Source: a plasmid. From it: a stretch of DNA of 64,000 bases. The notes under the pieces were generated by a model. That model was not told the DNA's origin. It ran no database searches and worked only from the letters and a program-made list of their open reading frames with translations. The position numbers and the translations under genes are program-made. Shown here in pieces: positions 18,122-28,528 of this stretch. Location of the stretch: sequence record NZ_KX832927.1; one strand, given 5' to 3'. Each line of letters begins with the position of its first letter. The stretch's first letter is position 1.

Positions 18122-18778
18122 ATGAGTCAGGAGAAAGAAGTTGTCGATTCAACGACTACACAAAAAACAAGACGGAAAAAAGTAACTTCTGTACCGTCGT
18201 CTGAATACAAAATGCACTTGGACACTACTATTGCAATTGATGCATATCATCAACGGTTCTATGTAGCAAGCCAAGCTGCCTATTTGATGGAACAGCGCCT
18301 TGAACGCTGTTTGATGCATCGAGATAAATTACTACGTGATCGTGCTGCTGCTATCATAAAAACACTCAATCAGGCTGTTGACAGTAATTTAACTGATTTA
18401 GAAAATTACAAACTCACATTGGTGCAAGTCATATCTGAAGTTGGGAATGAACGTGGTGATAAATATGAGTTATTAACCTATTCTACCCCTCGCGATATGA
18501 CTATTGAAAATCGTACTTATTTTGCAACTAGAATGTGTGTAGGGTTAGAGACTCTCGATCTTGTAGTTAAGTATCTTGATGTTTGCCGACATTATTCTTT
18601 AGTGCCATTGCCTGAGATTCTTGAAACGCAAAGCACCGCTGATAAACGTATGCGAGGCATCTTTAGCACAATCATTCGTCATGGTGAAACAATGAAGCGG
18701 TTGGAGATTGAGTATGCCAAGAAGAAGGCAGTCCGTGATGATAAACCTGTGTCAGATAGCGCAATTGAAAATGATTAA
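18122..18778 (+). CDS. Hypothetical protein (about 218 aa from the ATG with SD 'GGAG'; the ORF track extends it to 18020)
   Basis: SD 'ggagaaaat ATG' at 18122. Helical protein with no recognised motifs. Confidence 0.5.
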   Translation: MSQEKEVVDSTTTQKTRRKKVTSVPSSEYKMHLDTTIAIDAYHQRFYVASQAAYLMEQRLERCLMHRDKLLRDRAAAIIKTLNQAVDSNLTDLENYKLTLVQVISEVGNERGDKYELLTYSTPRDMTIENRTYFATRMCVGLETLDLVVKYLDVCRHYSLVPLPEILETQSTADKRMRGIFSTIIRHGETMKRLEIEYAKKKAVRDDKPVSDSAIEND

Positions 18779-18860
18779 TTGAATATATCAGGTTGACTAA
18801 AGATGGTCGTAAGGATCATCTTTATTTAACTACAATTGAAACCTAATTAATGGTAAGCAA

Positions 18861-19211
18861 ATGAATACCTATCACTATTTAGCTATTGGGTGTGTTGTTT
18901 TTAATATTGCTTTATTTTTTTACTATCTTTATAAAATCTCTAAAGATAATGGGAGTTATATTAATCGTCGGTTATTATTAATTCCACTTGTGCTTGCAGC
19001 TATATTATATTCACAAGCTGTTTATTATGAAGAAAAGGTTTTGCTAGGGGAATATTATGTGAAGCAATGTAAATTAATAGAATCAAATATATCCAATGGG
19101 TTTTTAGAGTCCAACACTAATAAAATAGAATGTAATGGGGTCTTTGATAATGTATCAACATCTAAATATAATAATGCAATTGATGCGTATAATGAAAGAT
19201 TAAATAAATAA
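18861..19211 (+). CDS. Small membrane protein (116 aa)
   Basis: Two hydrophobic helices. Followed by a bidirectional terminator. Confidence 0.5.
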   Translation: MNTYHYLAIGCVVFNIALFFYYLYKISKDNGSYINRRLLLIPLVLAAILYSQAVYYEEKVLLGEYYVKQCKLIESNISNGFLESNTNKIECNGVFDNVSTSKYNNAIDAYNERLNK

Positions 19212-19243
19212 GTATAATAATTTGGTTTATTTTCACCATGATT

Positions 19244-19274
19244 AAAAAAACCCACTAATCGTGGGTTTTTTTTT
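19244..19274. terminator. Bidirectional rho-independent terminator between convergent genes
   Basis: 'aaaaaaacccactaatcgtgggttttttttt'. Confidence 0.7.
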
Positions 19275-20328
19275 ATAAAATTATACGGCAACAGTCCATC
19301 CATTGAAAAATCATATACGTACTTTCTTGCCCTGACCCCGTAGGGTATCTGAATGATCCTCCTTGCCACTTGTAAGGAGTTTCACCAAGAACGTGTGATC
19401 TCTTTGTTTCTGGTGTTGGATAAACCATATTAAATTTATATTGTTGTTTGGGGATAGTTGGGTAAACACGAGGTTTACAAGCCACTTCACGACCTACGGT
19501 AAGACGTGCAAGCCCTCTGCGGTGTTCAAGTGATAATGATTTTGCTGCGGTCAAGCTGGTTGTCCTAGGTGTGTCTCTTGATGATGTTGAACCGGTTAAC
19601 GGATATTGACCACCCCATGATCCGGCGCACCACCACAGCTTGTTCATCGGCTTTCCGCCGCCAGTAATGGCAACAGATTCCATTGTACACGCTTGATGTG
19701 CAATTATATTTGCTACCGCTACGGACTCAGGATGCTGGAAGAATGCCAGAGTTGCGCTATGCCAAGTTGGGTCAATCTCTGAAAAACTAATGATATCAAA
19801 GTCACTGTATGCGTCTGGTTGACAACCTTTCGGCAACCACAAATCTAATATACGTAACAGTGGAGCAGAGTAGTAATGATAGTGATAGAAACTGATACCA
19901 GAGTTCGTGTCTATCTCATGACCTGTATCTGATACCTGTGTACCGTAACTGTATTTATTCCCCACATTGATTTTTAACCCGCCCATCGTAGAGAAGCAAC
20001 CAGGAACTCGCGTAACTTCCATAATTTTGCGAGGTTCCCACACTCCAGTTAACAACCCTGCGTGATAAACCCCTAATCCGTCAGGACAGGCGCAGAATAC
20101 GCCCTTTGCGGCATCATCAGGCATATCACCGCTAGGTCCAATATTAGCTCCTGATATCTTTATCGGAAAAATGCAACTCCAGCAAACATCAGTAAACATT
20201 TTGCCCTTTGTTAAAAATTCATTATCCTTGCATGTGAATGATCCAGTATTATTATTTTGTACACTTTCTGCATAGCTTAACGAAGTTAACAGGAGTGCAG
20301 ATGATAATAACAATTTAAATTTATTCAT
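19273..20328 (-). CDS. traU: TraU, F-type pilus assembly protein
   Basis: Signal peptide. 'DVCWSCIFPIKISG' matches F TraU 'DICWSCIFPLSLGS'. Conserved Cys pattern and 'EIDPTW' block. Confidence 0.9.
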   Translation of the reverse strand: MNKFKLLLSSALLLTSLSYAESVQNNNTGSFTCKDNEFLTKGKMFTDVCWSCIFPIKISGANIGPSGDMPDDAAKGVFCACPDGLGVYHAGLLTGVWEPRKIMEVTRVPGCFSTMGGLKINVGNKYSYGTQVSDTGHEIDTNSGISFYHYHYYSAPLLRILDLWLPKGCQPDAYSDFDIISFSEIDPTWHSATLAFFQHPESVAVANIIAHQACTMESVAITGGGKPMNKLWWCAGSWGGQYPLTGSTSSRDTPRTTSLTAAKSLSLEHRRGLARLTVGREVACKPRVYPTIPKQQYKFNMVYPTPETKRSHVLGETPYKWQGGSFRYPTGSGQESTYMIFQWMDCCRIIL

Positions 20329-21548
20329 CAGTAATTCCTTTCTGCATATTCATTAACAATAAATTGCTTATCATCACCGGTTACAATGCTTGGAACATTA
20401 CGAATCCCAAAACGCTCTTTCATGCCTTCTTGAATAAAATATAAAGTGGCATCATCACCATATAAATTGCTGTCGGAAAATGTTTCCCAACCGTTCCCAT
20501 AAACGTCAGTTGCAATTAATGTAGGAATTAAGTTTTCTTCTTTGGCATTTTGATATTGCTGTTGTGCAAATACACGTTGCCATTCTGAAGCAGGATTGAA
20601 AAAAATTAACTTCAAGTTAAACGGGATAACGTCCATAGGGTTTACTCGCCCTTTTTTGGCAATTATGCGTCCATCTGGAGATAATATATCCTGTGGTATC
20701 ACAACGCTTGGGTCTACATAGTGGGTGCTATCTTTTAGAGCTTCAGGGAATTTGTATATATCTTTATTCTTCCAGTATCGGTTATAGGCATCCTTTTTCA
20801 TTTTCTCGAAATCTAGATTTTTAATACCTTCTTCAATTAAATCCAGCATATTACGTTCAATTACCTCAACAACTGGTCCTTGCACACCCATATTCCCTGT
20901 TTTGTTATCGAGATAATTAACATTGGAAATTCCATGTACCAGAGATACAAATTCACCATCATTTTCATGAATGATAGTCGGAATGGTTCGCACACCATAT
21001 TTGATAAAAATGTTCGGGTCTATTGTGAAATTCACTTCTGACTTCGTATCGCGAATTAATTTATGCCAGTGATTTATTTCATCGACCAGTGAATCTTTAT
21101 TTTTAACTCCCTGAACAACTAGGATTACATCATTACGACCTGATACTGACCGCATAATATCAATTACTTCAGTATCTTTAAGACTTGCCGAAATCAATAT
21201 GTAAAATACATTACCTTTTTGCTGTTGGTTGAAATTTCCACTTTCATTCTGACTTTTGATCATCTCCTTCAGTATCTGACCTTCATCAGTCGTTAGCTTG
21301 TTAATAGCCTGATTTGCCATGACGTTTTTATCTGCGATAAGCTGGCGCGTTGCTTCTCTGTGAACTTCAGCTTGTGCCGCTGCCACTGCTTTCAGTTTTT
21401 CCAAATCTGCCATGTCTGTATCAGTAGCTCGTTCGACAGTAGGAATGGATTCTGTATATGGAGTAACCATATTTAATTTACTATTTGCACTGGATGTAAT
21501 GGACAGTGTTAATAGAGAAATTAATAATGTAACTTTCTTTTTTACCAT
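20328..21548 (-). CDS. traW: TraW/TrbC-like F-type pilus assembly protein (start moved to the ATG at 21548, 'MVKKKVTLL...')
   Basis: Signal peptide. Sits between trhF and traU, as in the SXT/IncHI order. Confidence 0.7.
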   Translation of the reverse strand: MVKKKVTLLISLLTLSITSSANSKLNMVTPYTESIPTVERATDTDMADLEKLKAVAAAQAEVHREATRQLIADKNVMANQAINKLTTDEGQILKEMIKSQNESGNFNQQQKGNVFYILISASLKDTEVIDIMRSVSGRNDVILVVQGVKNKDSLVDEINHWHKLIRDTKSEVNFTIDPNIFIKYGVRTIPTIIHENDGEFVSLVHGISNVNYLDNKTGNMGVQGPVVEVIERNMLDLIEEGIKNLDFEKMKKDAYNRYWKNKDIYKFPEALKDSTHYVDPSVVIPQDILSPDGRIIAKKGRVNPMDVIPFNLKLIFFNPASEWQRVFAQQQYQNAKEENLIPTLIATDVYGNGWETFSDSNLYGDDATLYFIQEGMKERFGIRNVPSIVTGDDKQFIVNEYAERNY

Positions 21549-22057
21549 ATCGGATATGCTCTCCCGATCACATTTTCTATGGGGAGTACGCCCCAATACC
21601 GTGAGTCAAAACTGACCTTAGTTCGACCCATTAGCCAGATGTGACCAGCAGGAATTATCCCTTCACGTTGTAATTCCTGCTCTGTATGACCAGATTCTCT
21701 TGCTAATAGAAGTCCTTCACCCACCATCAGCTCATTGACAGTGGTTTCTTCAGGATTGACCCTAACCTTGTCACCAGCTACACCGTCTATAAATTTGATC
21801 GCAATGCTACTGATGTATTCAGACCGAAAAGCAAATATTTTCCCTTTCTGAATATCTTTATCCATTTTGTCAATTAGATAAATTCTGTGTTCAGGGAGGC
21901 AGGGGTAGTTTTGCGGATCAATCCCAATTGAAAAACGATTAAGTATGTAATGGCTTGCAGGTGCGACAGTGGCGACAATAATCAACATATAAAGAGATTG
22001 CCGCCCCCATCCCCGTTTTTTCTTTGAAATTCTTTTATAAAGTTTCTTCAGGTGCAT
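21542..22057 (-). CDS. trhF: TrhF/TraF-type S26 signal-peptidase-like protein (pilin maturation peptidase)
   Basis: S26 box E 'SFDSRYWG'. Position between traC and traW. Confidence 0.75.
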   Translation of the reverse strand: MHLKKLYKRISKKKRGWGRQSLYMLIIVATVAPASHYILNRFSIGIDPQNYPCLPEHRIYLIDKMDKDIQKGKIFAFRSEYISSIAIKFIDGVAGDKVRVNPEETTVNELMVGEGLLLARESGHTEQELQREGIIPAGHIWLMGRTKVSFDSRYWGVLPIENVIGRAYPIW

Positions 22058-22058
22058 A

Positions 22059-22328
22059 TCAGTTATCTTTTAGCTTTCCACTGATGTATACGCCGTCAGG
22101 AGCCGTATGAAGCGCTGATTGATTGAATATGATGAAACCTTTGCCTTTCAAAATGTCAGCTCTATGCTGTATTACCGCTCGTTCTTGGGGGGATTTGATA
22201 CTCCCGTCAGGGTTACTCATGTTTATCACAGCAATTTGTGCCACCAGTGGCTTTGGTGGCTTTAAGTGCGAGTAAATACCCGCACCGATAAACCCGAACA
22301 AAATCGGTAAAAAAACGGTTTTAATCAT
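22059..22328 (-). CDS. Small hypothetical membrane or secreted protein (89 aa)
   Basis: N-terminal hydrophobic helix. Overlaps the traC stop. Confidence 0.4.
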   Translation of the reverse strand: MIKTVFLPILFGFIGAGIYSHLKPPKPLVAQIAVINMSNPDGSIKSPQERAVIQHRADILKGKGFIIFNQSALHTAPDGVYISGKLKDN

Positions 22329-24807
22329 CGTTTCCGTACCCCTGTTCTATTAAATAATCATCAATTGCCTCAATGACGTCTTGCCCCTTCTTCAATTTAT
22401 CCTCAATCGCCTGTACTTCAGATGCTTTTGTTGTGTAAAGCATGTAAGAAAACTTATCGACAATGAACCGGCAAATTCCTCCCCCCATAGCACTCATAAA
22501 GTAGATTTCTGAATAGATACCCGCTTGGCTTTTTACTGTTTTCAAAAATTCGTAACCAGCTTCATCGAGCGGTAAACGTTCTTCCCTTCGTGCTTTGTTC
22601 ACCGCAGATTCTGTTTGTCCTAGCATGGCAAGGAATGCGGAGTTATCTGTGATAGCAAGACCAACGCGGTCTTTATACATATCATTGATAGATTGAGTTA
22701 TCGTAATAGCACTACCGTAGTATTTTCGGAACCGGCGATACCCTTTTTCGATAAATGCACCGATGTTTCCTGTTAGTAAAGCCCATGCCTCATCAATGAT
22801 TACAATCTTCATTTGATCTCGATCACCTAGATACATATCCTGTTGAATTTGATAAATTAATTGCATCAGAATGATTTGTTTCAGGTGTTCGGATTTTTCA
22901 ATGCGACCCAACTCAAGTACAGTAAACGGATTATCAAACGAGATATTGTTTTTACCGGTAAAATATTTGCCGTATTGACCTTCTTTTGTGAACGGATATA
23001 ACTGCTCACCGATATCTTTAATGCGCTGATCAGGATCGTTTTTGCAGGAGTCTGCTACCATGTCGATAGTTGTTTCTTTACCATGTTCCCTAACTAATTT
23101 GGCAACATGATTTTTCAAACGGGATGTTTCAAAATCCCCTAAACCGTCTTGTGGTGCAGCCATCACTGACAGCAAACCAATAACTAAATCTTCTTCACCG
23201 GTTCCTTCATCTGCATCTTCATCTTCACCAAAGTAATCTTCAATAATTTCAAAGAAGTTAAGACATGGTTTGGTCGATGGATGAAAATCCACATACGAAC
23301 CATCAAACATCTGACACAGTTTTTTATATGAGTCGCCAGCGTCAATTACCCATATCTTAGCCCCTAGTGAACGGTATGCAGAGATAATGTAGTTAGTTAA
23401 GAATGATTTACCTGAGCCAGATGATGCGGCAATACATACGTTGTAGTTTGTATCGCTTTGGAAAAAGTCCATTGTCTGGACCTGACCATTTCTTGATGTA
23501 AGAGTCAGAACCGGATTACCAGTTCCTTGCCAATCTGAATACAGTGGAGAAAGAACGAGTGCTTCTTCCACCGCCAGAGTTCGAGAGCGACCGAAAAATT
23601 TGTCAGCACTTGCTTCATAAAATAATGGCAGTGTGCCTAGAAATATCGGTGCGACGAAATTGACATCGGGAATCATTTTGAAAGATAAATTGTTAAGGTA
23701 GCTAGTTGCTTCCTGTACAGATTGATTAAGTTGTTGAACTGAATTGGCAAAAATTGAAACAGAAAAGGCAGCTTTGTAAATTGGCTGTCCATCATCAATT
23801 TTCTGAGCCAAAACATCAAATCCCGAACTTGTGGTTTTCATTGATGGAACCCATCTTGAAGATGGTCCATCTGCGTTGCGTGTAGCAACTGTACGTTTTG
23901 ATGTAAATGTACTTTTAGCATTCTGCTGGTCTGGATAAACCAGTGTCATGTTGATGATGCAGGGGTTTTTTATACCGGTTGCACCGTTCATCAAATCGCC
24001 TAAAAAATACTGAGCCGAACCCTCTTGAAATCTGCGAGGCAACTTTTTAGCTGAAATTGTTCTTGCAAAAGTAGTGTTTGTGTCTGTTTTACTACTCTCA
24101 TCCTCTGGATTGCCGAAACCGACATAATTAGACCGAACGAAAAACAAGCTATCTAGTTCTAGTAGCTGTTCCGAAATCATTTTATCTTCATCAACTTCAA
24201 TCGGCATTCTGTCGCGCCATGTCGCATTACTGCCTTGATTTATCATTGAAGTGATAGCGGTAAGATATATTTCTCTTGTAAGTTGCTGAGGTGCGAAACC
24301 CGTCATTCTAAGAGTGGTTTCAAAGTTACCCTGCATCTCTTTAACAGTATTTAATTCATTATGTGAAGGAGAAAGATCATTTTTAATAGGCACTTTGACA
24401 GTAAAGTACAATTCACAGTTACGAGCTTTTGTATTAGTGCCGCTAAACGCTTTCGATGTATGAGCCAGCAGAAAACGTGAGCGTTTTAAGTTCGTCGTTT
24501 TCATAACCTGATTCTGACAATTCATGCGTAAGAAATCAGATCTATTTGCAATGTGGCTGATATTTGGTGAGGCAAACAAAGATATCTGAATAACGGTACT
24601 ATTCGGGAAATACCCTGATAAAAGCGTTTTTAATTGAGAGAGCTCTTTTCCCGTTGTACCAGACAAGGGAATACATTTAAATCCAAAACCGATATAGTTA
24701 TTTTCACAAATAAAAATGTTATCATCGTCATGAATTGCTAAAACTGGACATAAAGATGAAAAACGCTTAAAGGTTTGCAATTTTTTTAAGATAGTAGCTG
24801 TTGCCAT
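22321..24807 (-). CDS. traC: TraC, VirB4-family F-type T4SS ATPase
   Basis: Walker A 'AASSGSGKSF'. Size 828 aa. Synteny. Confidence 0.9.
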   Translation of the reverse strand: MATATILKKLQTFKRFSSLCPVLAIHDDDNIFICENNYIGFGFKCIPLSGTTGKELSQLKTLLSGYFPNSTVIQISLFASPNISHIANRSDFLRMNCQNQVMKTTNLKRSRFLLAHTSKAFSGTNTKARNCELYFTVKVPIKNDLSPSHNELNTVKEMQGNFETTLRMTGFAPQQLTREIYLTAITSMINQGSNATWRDRMPIEVDEDKMISEQLLELDSLFFVRSNYVGFGNPEDESSKTDTNTTFARTISAKKLPRRFQEGSAQYFLGDLMNGATGIKNPCIINMTLVYPDQQNAKSTFTSKRTVATRNADGPSSRWVPSMKTTSSGFDVLAQKIDDGQPIYKAAFSVSIFANSVQQLNQSVQEATSYLNNLSFKMIPDVNFVAPIFLGTLPLFYEASADKFFGRSRTLAVEEALVLSPLYSDWQGTGNPVLTLTSRNGQVQTMDFFQSDTNYNVCIAASSGSGKSFLTNYIISAYRSLGAKIWVIDAGDSYKKLCQMFDGSYVDFHPSTKPCLNFFEIIEDYFGEDEDADEGTGEEDLVIGLLSVMAAPQDGLGDFETSRLKNHVAKLVREHGKETTIDMVADSCKNDPDQRIKDIGEQLYPFTKEGQYGKYFTGKNNISFDNPFTVLELGRIEKSEHLKQIILMQLIYQIQQDMYLGDRDQMKIVIIDEAWALLTGNIGAFIEKGYRRFRKYYGSAITITQSINDMYKDRVGLAITDNSAFLAMLGQTESAVNKARREERLPLDEAGYEFLKTVKSQAGIYSEIYFMSAMGGGICRFIVDKFSYMLYTTKASEVQAIEDKLKKGQDVIEAIDDYLIEQGYGNDD

Positions 24808-25571
24808 TATTTACCACTCTCCAAAAATGACTTTAACCCTTCAACTGGTTTACCTACGTTGTAAGTTCCATCGTCACGAATAATGAAAGGGATCATACTC
24901 ACACCAAAAACTTGTGCGGTAATTTCCCTTTTCATCAAAGCCTCACGGTCACAGTTTTCAATTTGATCGAAACGTACACTGTTATTCCCTGTAATGATTG
25001 CTCTGTCAGCTCTGTATCTGTCTTTTGCACAATACAATTCAAAATTGCGTTGCTGGCTATTACTGTTTAAAACGCCTACGGAAAGTACATGAACAGTATA
25101 TTTCTCAGGGTCCAGATTATTTAGTTGCTGTAAAGTTTCATGGCACTGAACGCAGAACGGGTCAGTGAAAATAATGGTCTGCTTTGGACCTTTTCCCCAC
25201 GTTGCAGACTGCAAATCATCCATTTTAATATTGAGGTTCTTTACAGGAATAATTGATCCAAACTTTTGAATTTCTTCAAACGAGGTTAAATCTTTTTTCG
25301 CCCATGTATCATATAAAGTTCCCTTGATAACAAATCGCCCATTCGATGTAAGAAGCTGTAAATTACCATTGTTATTAAGTGCAATTATCCCGTTGCTTGG
25401 TAATAGAAATTTGGGAATATCAGGCGTTTTTGTGGGATGTGCTTTTAATGCTTCTTGATTGAAAACAGTCTGTGTATTTGTTTTTTCGATATCAGCATAG
25501 TTCGCATGAGCGTGTGCGGTTGTGAAAGCTAAAGCTAATGATATTAAACTAAGGTGTATCTTATTTTTCAT
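24807..25571 (-). CDS. dsbC: DsbC-like periplasmic thiol:disulfide interchange protein (start moved to 'MKNKIHLSL...', 254 aa)
   Basis: Signal peptide, N-terminal dimerisation-like region, CVQC active site. Position upstream of traC matches plasmid DsbC in SXT and IncHI elements. Confidence 0.8.
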   Translation of the reverse strand: MKNKIHLSLISLALAFTTAHAHANYADIEKTNTQTVFNQEALKAHPTKTPDIPKFLLPSNGIIALNNNGNLQLLTSNGRFVIKGTLYDTWAKKDLTSFEEIQKFGSIIPVKNLNIKMDDLQSATWGKGPKQTIIFTDPFCVQCHETLQQLNNLDPEKYTVHVLSVGVLNSNSQQRNFELYCAKDRYRADRAIITGNNSVRFDQIENCDREALMKREITAQVFGVSMIPFIIRDDGTYNVGKPVEGLKSFLESGK

Positions 25572-25653
25572 TTTGAATCCTGCACCATCTGCGTATTTAT
25601 CTGTGGATTGTGATTCTTTCACATCTGAAAAATTTCTTTTCTTGTTTGGCAAT

Positions 25654-25684
25654 AAAAAAAGGACTTAAAAAGTCCTTTTTAAAA
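25654..25684 (-). terminator. Hairpin plus T-run between traV and dsbC
   Basis: 'aaggact taaaa agtcctt ttt'. Confidence 0.4.
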
Positions 25685-25701
25685 TTGTTGCTGACCACCA
25701 G

Positions 25702-26214
25702 TTATTTTCGGTTATCTGGTGTTTGTAGTGGTTTGAGAACCGCATTGTGCTTGCGATCTGGACGAGAAACACCGACTTCCCATTTACGAGGCGATATCTC
25801 CGTGTAGACATACCCTGTGATGATAAGATCTCCATCTGTGTTTTCGTATGGGTCGATTAAAACACGCATTACCATCGACTCGCTTCTAATGGGTTGTGGG
25901 TTTGCCGCAGGTTTTGGCACAGGTACATATTGTCCAGACTCTGTACCAACCCATTTACTGTTTTCTGATTTGAGTATGTTATCCATATCGCTTTTGCTTA
26001 CTACTTCTCCGTTGAGCTGCATTTGAGAAACAGTATCAATTTTTTCTTGATAGTTTTCACCATCAGTCAATTTGTGTACGTCACGAACACTCATACACGT
26101 TACTGAATTAGGCATACCTTTACAGCCAAACTCTGTTTCACCGACCATAAGAGATGAACAGGCGGTTAATGAAAGGGTAGTTAAAACCATCAGTGGCAAT
26201 AGTAAAAATTTCAT
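25702..26214 (-). CDS. traV: TraV lipoprotein (start moved to ATG 26214, 171 aa)
   Basis: Lipobox 'LSLTAC'. Conserved Cys pair. Position after traB. Confidence 0.75.
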   Translation of the reverse strand: MKFLLLPLMVLTTLSLTACSSLMVGETEFGCKGMPNSVTCMSVRDVHKLTDGENYQEKIDTVSQMQLNGEVVSKSDMDNILKSENSKWVGTESGQYVPVPKPAANPQPIRSESMVMRVLIDPYENTDGDLIITGYVYTEISPRKWEVGVSRPDRKHNAVLKPLQTPDNRK

Positions 26215-26230
26215 AGAGTAAGTCCGTATT

Positions 26231-27523
26231 TTAATTGGTTTGTCTGAATTGAAGTTGAACGCCTTTTGTGACAACAAAATCTATTGATCTGGCAGGGTCA
26301 ATTTCAATTACAGGGAACAGGTCTTGTGCCATATCCATGTAAAAGTCAGCTAACCGGTTGAGTGCGCTGCCTACGCCTTTCATTGCTGCACCTTGTACCT
26401 TATTGCTGTTAATTTGTTGATAAGGTGACTGAGTTGGTCCTATTCCGTCCTGTGTTAACGTGATAGATGGAATTTGCTGAACACTGAACATTTCCGAGCC
26501 AGCTTGAAGAAATCCTGCAATAAGCGCTTTCGCAAGATATTGCCCCTGTTTTGTTACTAAGCGCCCACGAATACCGATTTTCCCATCCTCTCCGACGGCA
26601 TACGAATCAAAGGTTGCTTCAATAACTGCCCCATCTTCTCTGATGCAGGAGATCGTGTTACTGCGTAAGTAGGCACGTTCTGATGATAGCTCGCCATAAC
26701 CACTGCTAATAATTGCACAATCACGAATATCCGCGGTGTAGTTATTAGGTAAAATTGCTTCTCTTTTCACACGCACTAACATTGGATAAGGGTGTTCTCT
26801 TGCCGCTTTCGCTGTGGGTGCATCCATCCCTGACAAAGCAACTGTGGAAATAATAGAGCCAGCCGGTAAGTACGTTCCTTCCAGTTCAGGGTTCACATTT
26901 GCATCCGTTTCGGATTTTGATAATGTATTATTCGCTTTGGATTCTGAGTCGTGATTATTTGTACCATCATAGGTAGTCAGCTCAGGGTATTCTTCATCTG
27001 ATCCAGACGTATTTGCTTCCTGTGTTGTGTTCGGACTGTACGGTATATCATTTTCATAAACATCATTCAGGTTACGACCGCCCCCTGTCTGACTTGAAGT
27101 TCTGCCGGTGTTGGAAAAGCTATTCGTATAATCCGGCGTGTTAATCTTCTCTTTCAGTTGCTTATCAAGCTGTTGCTTTAGTTCAGCAGAGAGATCATTT
27201 TTTTGATTTTCTAATATTTTTTGTTGAGCATACAGTTGTGTAACTTCCTTTTTATACGATTCCTGTACGGATAATAGACTATCAATTCGGTCATCAATTC
27301 GACGTAAATCAGCGGCAATTGATTCTTGACTAACTCCCTGTGTGTCAGCGTTGGTGAGCAAGTTTGTCACCGGTTTGTTGTTCACTGCTGATGCAGCGGT
27401 CTGATATTCGGGTTCACTGGTTAAAAAATACAAAGCTGTTACCAGTAAAATTCCACCACCACCCCATAAGACAAGTTTTTTCTGTTTTGGGCTCAGGTTT
27501 TCGTATTGGTCTTTGATAGACAT
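26231..27523 (-). CDS. traB: TraB (VirB10-like)
   Basis: N-terminal transmembrane helix, coiled-coil, C-terminal VirB10-like beta-barrel region. Synteny traK-traB-traV. Confidence 0.85.
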   Translation of the reverse strand: MSIKDQYENLSPKQKKLVLWGGGGILLVTALYFLTSEPEYQTAASAVNNKPVTNLLTNADTQGVSQESIAADLRRIDDRIDSLLSVQESYKKEVTQLYAQQKILENQKNDLSAELKQQLDKQLKEKINTPDYTNSFSNTGRTSSQTGGGRNLNDVYENDIPYSPNTTQEANTSGSDEEYPELTTYDGTNNHDSESKANNTLSKSETDANVNPELEGTYLPAGSIISTVALSGMDAPTAKAAREHPYPMLVRVKREAILPNNYTADIRDCAIISSGYGELSSERAYLRSNTISCIREDGAVIEATFDSYAVGEDGKIGIRGRLVTKQGQYLAKALIAGFLQAGSEMFSVQQIPSITLTQDGIGPTQSPYQQINSNKVQGAAMKGVGSALNRLADFYMDMAQDLFPVIEIDPARSIDFVVTKGVQLQFRQTN

Positions 27524-27526
27524 GCA

Positions 27527-28528
27527 TTACTCCGCTAGACGTGGGCGAGAATTTTCAGAACGAGTTTCCTCTGACGTATTAGATTTACGAATCACAAAGT
27601 AAGCCTCAGTCGATTGCTGCGGTTCTAACGTGTTATTGCTCCATAGAGCTCTTGCAGCTAATCTTGGATGTGTACACAGTGACTCATCAACAGTGACGGT
27701 TGTGTTACCAATGTTTTTAGCAACCCCAATTATTACGCCGAAATTACTGCCTGACAGATACTGTCCTTCGCTAAATGTGTATTTGATATTATCTTGTGGG
27801 CTATTTGTTCTGAACGCACAATTGGGTACAGAAATACCTGCATTGTTGATCCCCATAATTTCATAGCCAGCAGGTACATCACCCAATGCGACATTTCTTA
27901 GTAATTTAGTGATTGTGCGAGTGTATGAATCACTTTTTTCCCATTTATCTGCGACTTCCTTATTACCCGAGGCTGTAGGGGTGTAATACTTGCCACTGTT
28001 ATATACAGCCACGTTTTCATCGTCTTTTTCTAAAAGTAGAGTTGCTTCAACAGGCGGTCTTTTTTGTGGGTGCAGGGATAGTGAAATTGCTTTACTTTCA
28101 TCACCTTTATTCGTGATGTACATAGCAACAGGATTATCTTTGAATGCAGTAAAGTAAATTACATTACCCTCCTGTCTTATTTTTATTTCATTCTTTTTTA
28201 TCGTTTGAACAACCGGTTCTGAAAACGGTGTAACAATTCTGTTAGGTTGTCCTAATGAGACTGGAATTAACGTGTTTTCACCTGAACGAATTGTGTATGT
28301 CATACGGGAATTAGTTTTAGCTTTTGATGAAATGACAGACGATGGCACCGGTTGAATATTTAAGTCGTCTGAAGCAATCTCTTTAATCGAGCTGGATTGA
28401 TTCTCAGCACCGCCTGAAGGTTGTTGATCCTGACCATAGACAGAAATGGTTTTCGCTGAAGCGAATGAGCTCAAAGCTAGTGAAAGAAGCAGAACCTTAC
28501 AATTGAACTTAGCCTGATAATTAATCAT
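27527..28528 (-). CDS. traK: TraK (VirB9/secretin-like)
   Basis: Signal peptide. Synteny traE-traK-traB. Confidence 0.75.
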   Translation of the reverse strand: MINYQAKFNCKVLLLSLALSSFASAKTISVYGQDQQPSGGAENQSSSIKEIASDDLNIQPVPSSVISSKAKTNSRMTYTIRSGENTLIPVSLGQPNRIVTPFSEPVVQTIKKNEIKIRQEGNVIYFTAFKDNPVAMYITNKGDESKAISLSLHPQKRPPVEATLLLEKDDENVAVYNSGKYYTPTASGNKEVADKWEKSDSYTRTITKLLRNVALGDVPAGYEIMGINNAGISVPNCAFRTNSPQDNIKYTFSEGQYLSGSNFGVIIGVAKNIGNTTVTVDESLCTHPRLAARALWSNNTLEPQQSTEAYFVIRKSNTSEETRSENSRPRLAE

